From NCBI RefSeq assembly GCF_018977255.1, contig NW_024704747.1, positions 16,678,001 to 16,742,000 of the forward strand: a DNA stretch of 64,000 nucleotides, written 5' to 3'. The translations under genes and the position numbers were made by a program. Each line of letters begins with the position of its first letter. Position 1 is the stretch's first letter. Positions 61,701 to 64,000 of this stretch are shown piece after piece. The stretch comes from Callorhinchus milii. Taxonomy: Eukaryota. The notes beneath the pieces were generated by a model, which worked only from the letters and a program-made list of their open reading frames with translations, was not told where the DNA came from and searched no databases.

Positions 61701-62405
61701 GTACAGTAACATTTGTAATGTGCAGTACTAGATACTTTGGGTTAATGTCTAGTTTTTCCTGGCAAAGTAATACATGTAACTAGCAAAATCAGAAGGAATA
61801 TTTTGGCTTGAGACTTCTTAGTTTTGAAATCCAGTGTGTTTCCAGCATTTGTGCCTTCAAGAGTCTATCTTCTCATCAGCTCCCAGTTTTGTTTCTGATG
61901 TTCCAATCATAGCTGTGTCCTCCAATGGTAATCTCATTTGATGCTTGGGGCTCAGTGAGATGAGATTGCGAGTTGACTGATTCCTTCCTCCTGAGTCCAG
62001 AGAGATAGATGATGGCCATTGTGCTCCTCCTATTGCTGAATCACCTGAGATCAGCTAACTAGGAAGAGACTGATCATTCAGTTCATCTCTAGGCTGAGCA
62101 TTGCATACAGCAACTTGCGTTTATATAGCACCTTGCACATGGGGTAGTATTTTGGAGCACTTACTGAACTGAATCACTGAGGAGCCCAGGGAATGCTTTG
62201 AAAGAACTGAAGATGTCTGCTCTGGAGGAGAAACAGGCTGTTTGTGCCTGCTTAAAATCTGCTAAAGGGTCATGTGCCCCAGTGGTTTCCTAATTTGGGT
62301 AGCCATTATCTCGTGGTATGTGATACTCCCACGTTTGAAGAATAATGCCGAATACTGATACTCAAACAATGCTTCCCTTGTTCTATATTATTTGTCTTCA
62401 TGCAG

Positions 62406-62485
62406 GAATTGGATGCTAATAGATATAAAACCAAATTGAAGAAAGCCCTGGATGAACTTGCAGAGCTGAAGAAAAAATATAAGAG
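62406..62485 (+). CDS. RBM44: RBM44 exon (ELDANRYKTKLKKALDELAELKKKYK+AG)
   Basis: tgcag/gtattg; phase 0 start and phase 2 end fit both neighbours; coiled-coil-like. Confidence 0.8.
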
Positions 62486-63809
62486 GTATTGTTAACTCTG
62501 CAGTAAATTGTTAGATTAATAACTCGTTTAAATGCATTCTAATAAGTCATATATACTTGAATGAGAAATTTGTATTTAAAATGACCAGATGAAATTTGGG
62601 AAGTTTAAAAAGCTTTTTAATTAGTATTAAGTTAGGTTACTAACCTATTAAAATCAACAGCTAATGTAACTTTCCAGCACTTCTCCCTGAACTTGTACTC
62701 TTTCCATCCACTCCAAGCTTCTTTGCCAACTAAACATCACTTCCTGAGACACCCCTTTCTACAAAAATACAAAAAACAATTTGCATTTCTATAGCACCCT
62801 TTATGCAGGGTAGCGTCTCGGAGCACTTAATAATAATCATTGACTTCTTCAGAAATCTAGAAATGTTTCCTACTCCTAATCTCTGACCCCTGATCTTATT
62901 GGAGTCTAGTTGGTCTTACTAATGCCTACTTATTTGATTGGCATCCAATGAGCTGGGCTTAATGGAATTTGAGCTCCCTATTATTCAGTAGAGCGAAATT
63001 GCTGACTTGGGTCTGGGTTATTATACCCCATGCCCTTGCTGAGGAGGTCACAAGTGATGTATTTTATAGTGTCCAAAAGCCAAGGAGGATTTGGGTGCAT
63101 TCCCAGACTCAGATATTCAAACATATTTCTCAAAGACAGTATGCTCTAAGACCGTCACTCTTCAAAAACACTGTGTGCCCTTGAGGTTGACCTCTAGGAC
63201 TCTTGTTTCCATCAAACCCCTGGTAGAGGGAGATAGTGTTGTCATTTTTAAATAATGGATAAATGCTATTGGTAAAAAGCATGCTGTGCTTAGGATCTTT
63301 TTGCCATATGCACCTTATGCTTTCAGTATCTGCAGAGATACTTTTGTCACTTATCATTTGTTCCTTCAAAGTGTATTTGATAGCCTATTTAGCCTTCCTC
63401 TGTACTGTAAATGTCTATGGTTCTATATACATTTCCACAATCAGATGGAAAAAGATAGTTCCCAAACTGGTCCAAAGTGAATGACCCCATTCTGGGATGC
63501 ACACAGCTCTTCTGTCCGATAATGTCCTCTTCTCTTGACTGTACTGTTTCTCACTTTCTTTCTAATGACGATGTTCAGTCCCAACCTCTGTGGGTTATTG
63601 CTCATTTACTATATAGGGACGTTTGTGAGTTACGTTCCTGCTTTTGGTTGAAGAAAAGTTAACATTAGAAATGCAGCAGGATCTGCATCAAACTGCCTGC
63701 AATTAATATTTTCCCCTCAGTTTAGTTGTTCAAACAATGCAAAGAGTACCTTAATCAAAATGCAGATCAGAGTCCAGTTTCTAAATGTTTTTTCACACTG
63801 TATTTAAAG

Positions 63810-64000
63810 TATAGAGCTGCAGGAACAACATCCTCTTTCTGGTACCAAGGATGTAAGTCATCCATCCAGCTGCTGCAGCAAAATGAAACAGAGGGCTATA
63901 AAGGCTGAATTGCAACTATTGAACATGCAGTATTGGATGTGTCAGCAGCATTGCTGGAAAATTCATAGCCTTACTATTGAGGAAAGTGCCTTTAGTGATT
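63810..64000 (+). CDS. RBM44: RBM44 exon, runs off the window (..[34 protein letters not shown]..)
   Basis: Matches human [28 protein letters not shown]; aag acceptor in phase 2. Confidence 0.9.

Overview
Eukaryotic (vertebrate) genomic DNA, most likely a cartilaginous fish and possibly a holocephalan, judged from its repeats (Deu-domain tRNA-SINEs, L2/CR1 LINE ends, Penelope-like fragments). It has one 573-N assembly gap. Two + strand genes lie in the same order as at human 2q37.3. (1) LRRFIP1: the first exon was not found and is probably upstream of the window. I traced 25 coding exons with GT-AG sites and consistent phases: a run of small phase-0 cassette exons, the coiled-coil exons, and two alternative 3' ends. 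One end is a ~3.4-kb acidic terminal exon ending in CaaX (CLMS); the other is five coiled-coil exons ending in ...ALLSQQ*. (2) RBM44: CpG-island promoter at ~56.1-56.6 kb and 5' coding exons running off the window end. Best leads: a PKA-RII (AKAP)-type amphipathic helix plus polybasic-CaaX tail in the LRRFIP1 acidic isoform; a RanBP2-type zinc finger, PAM2 motif and LC8/TQT-like motifs in RBM44; an intronic palindrome with hammerhead-ribozyme cores on both strands; and a 25x21-bp coding VNTR with probable homopolymer frameshift errors. Human-orthologue comparisons are from memory and were not computed.
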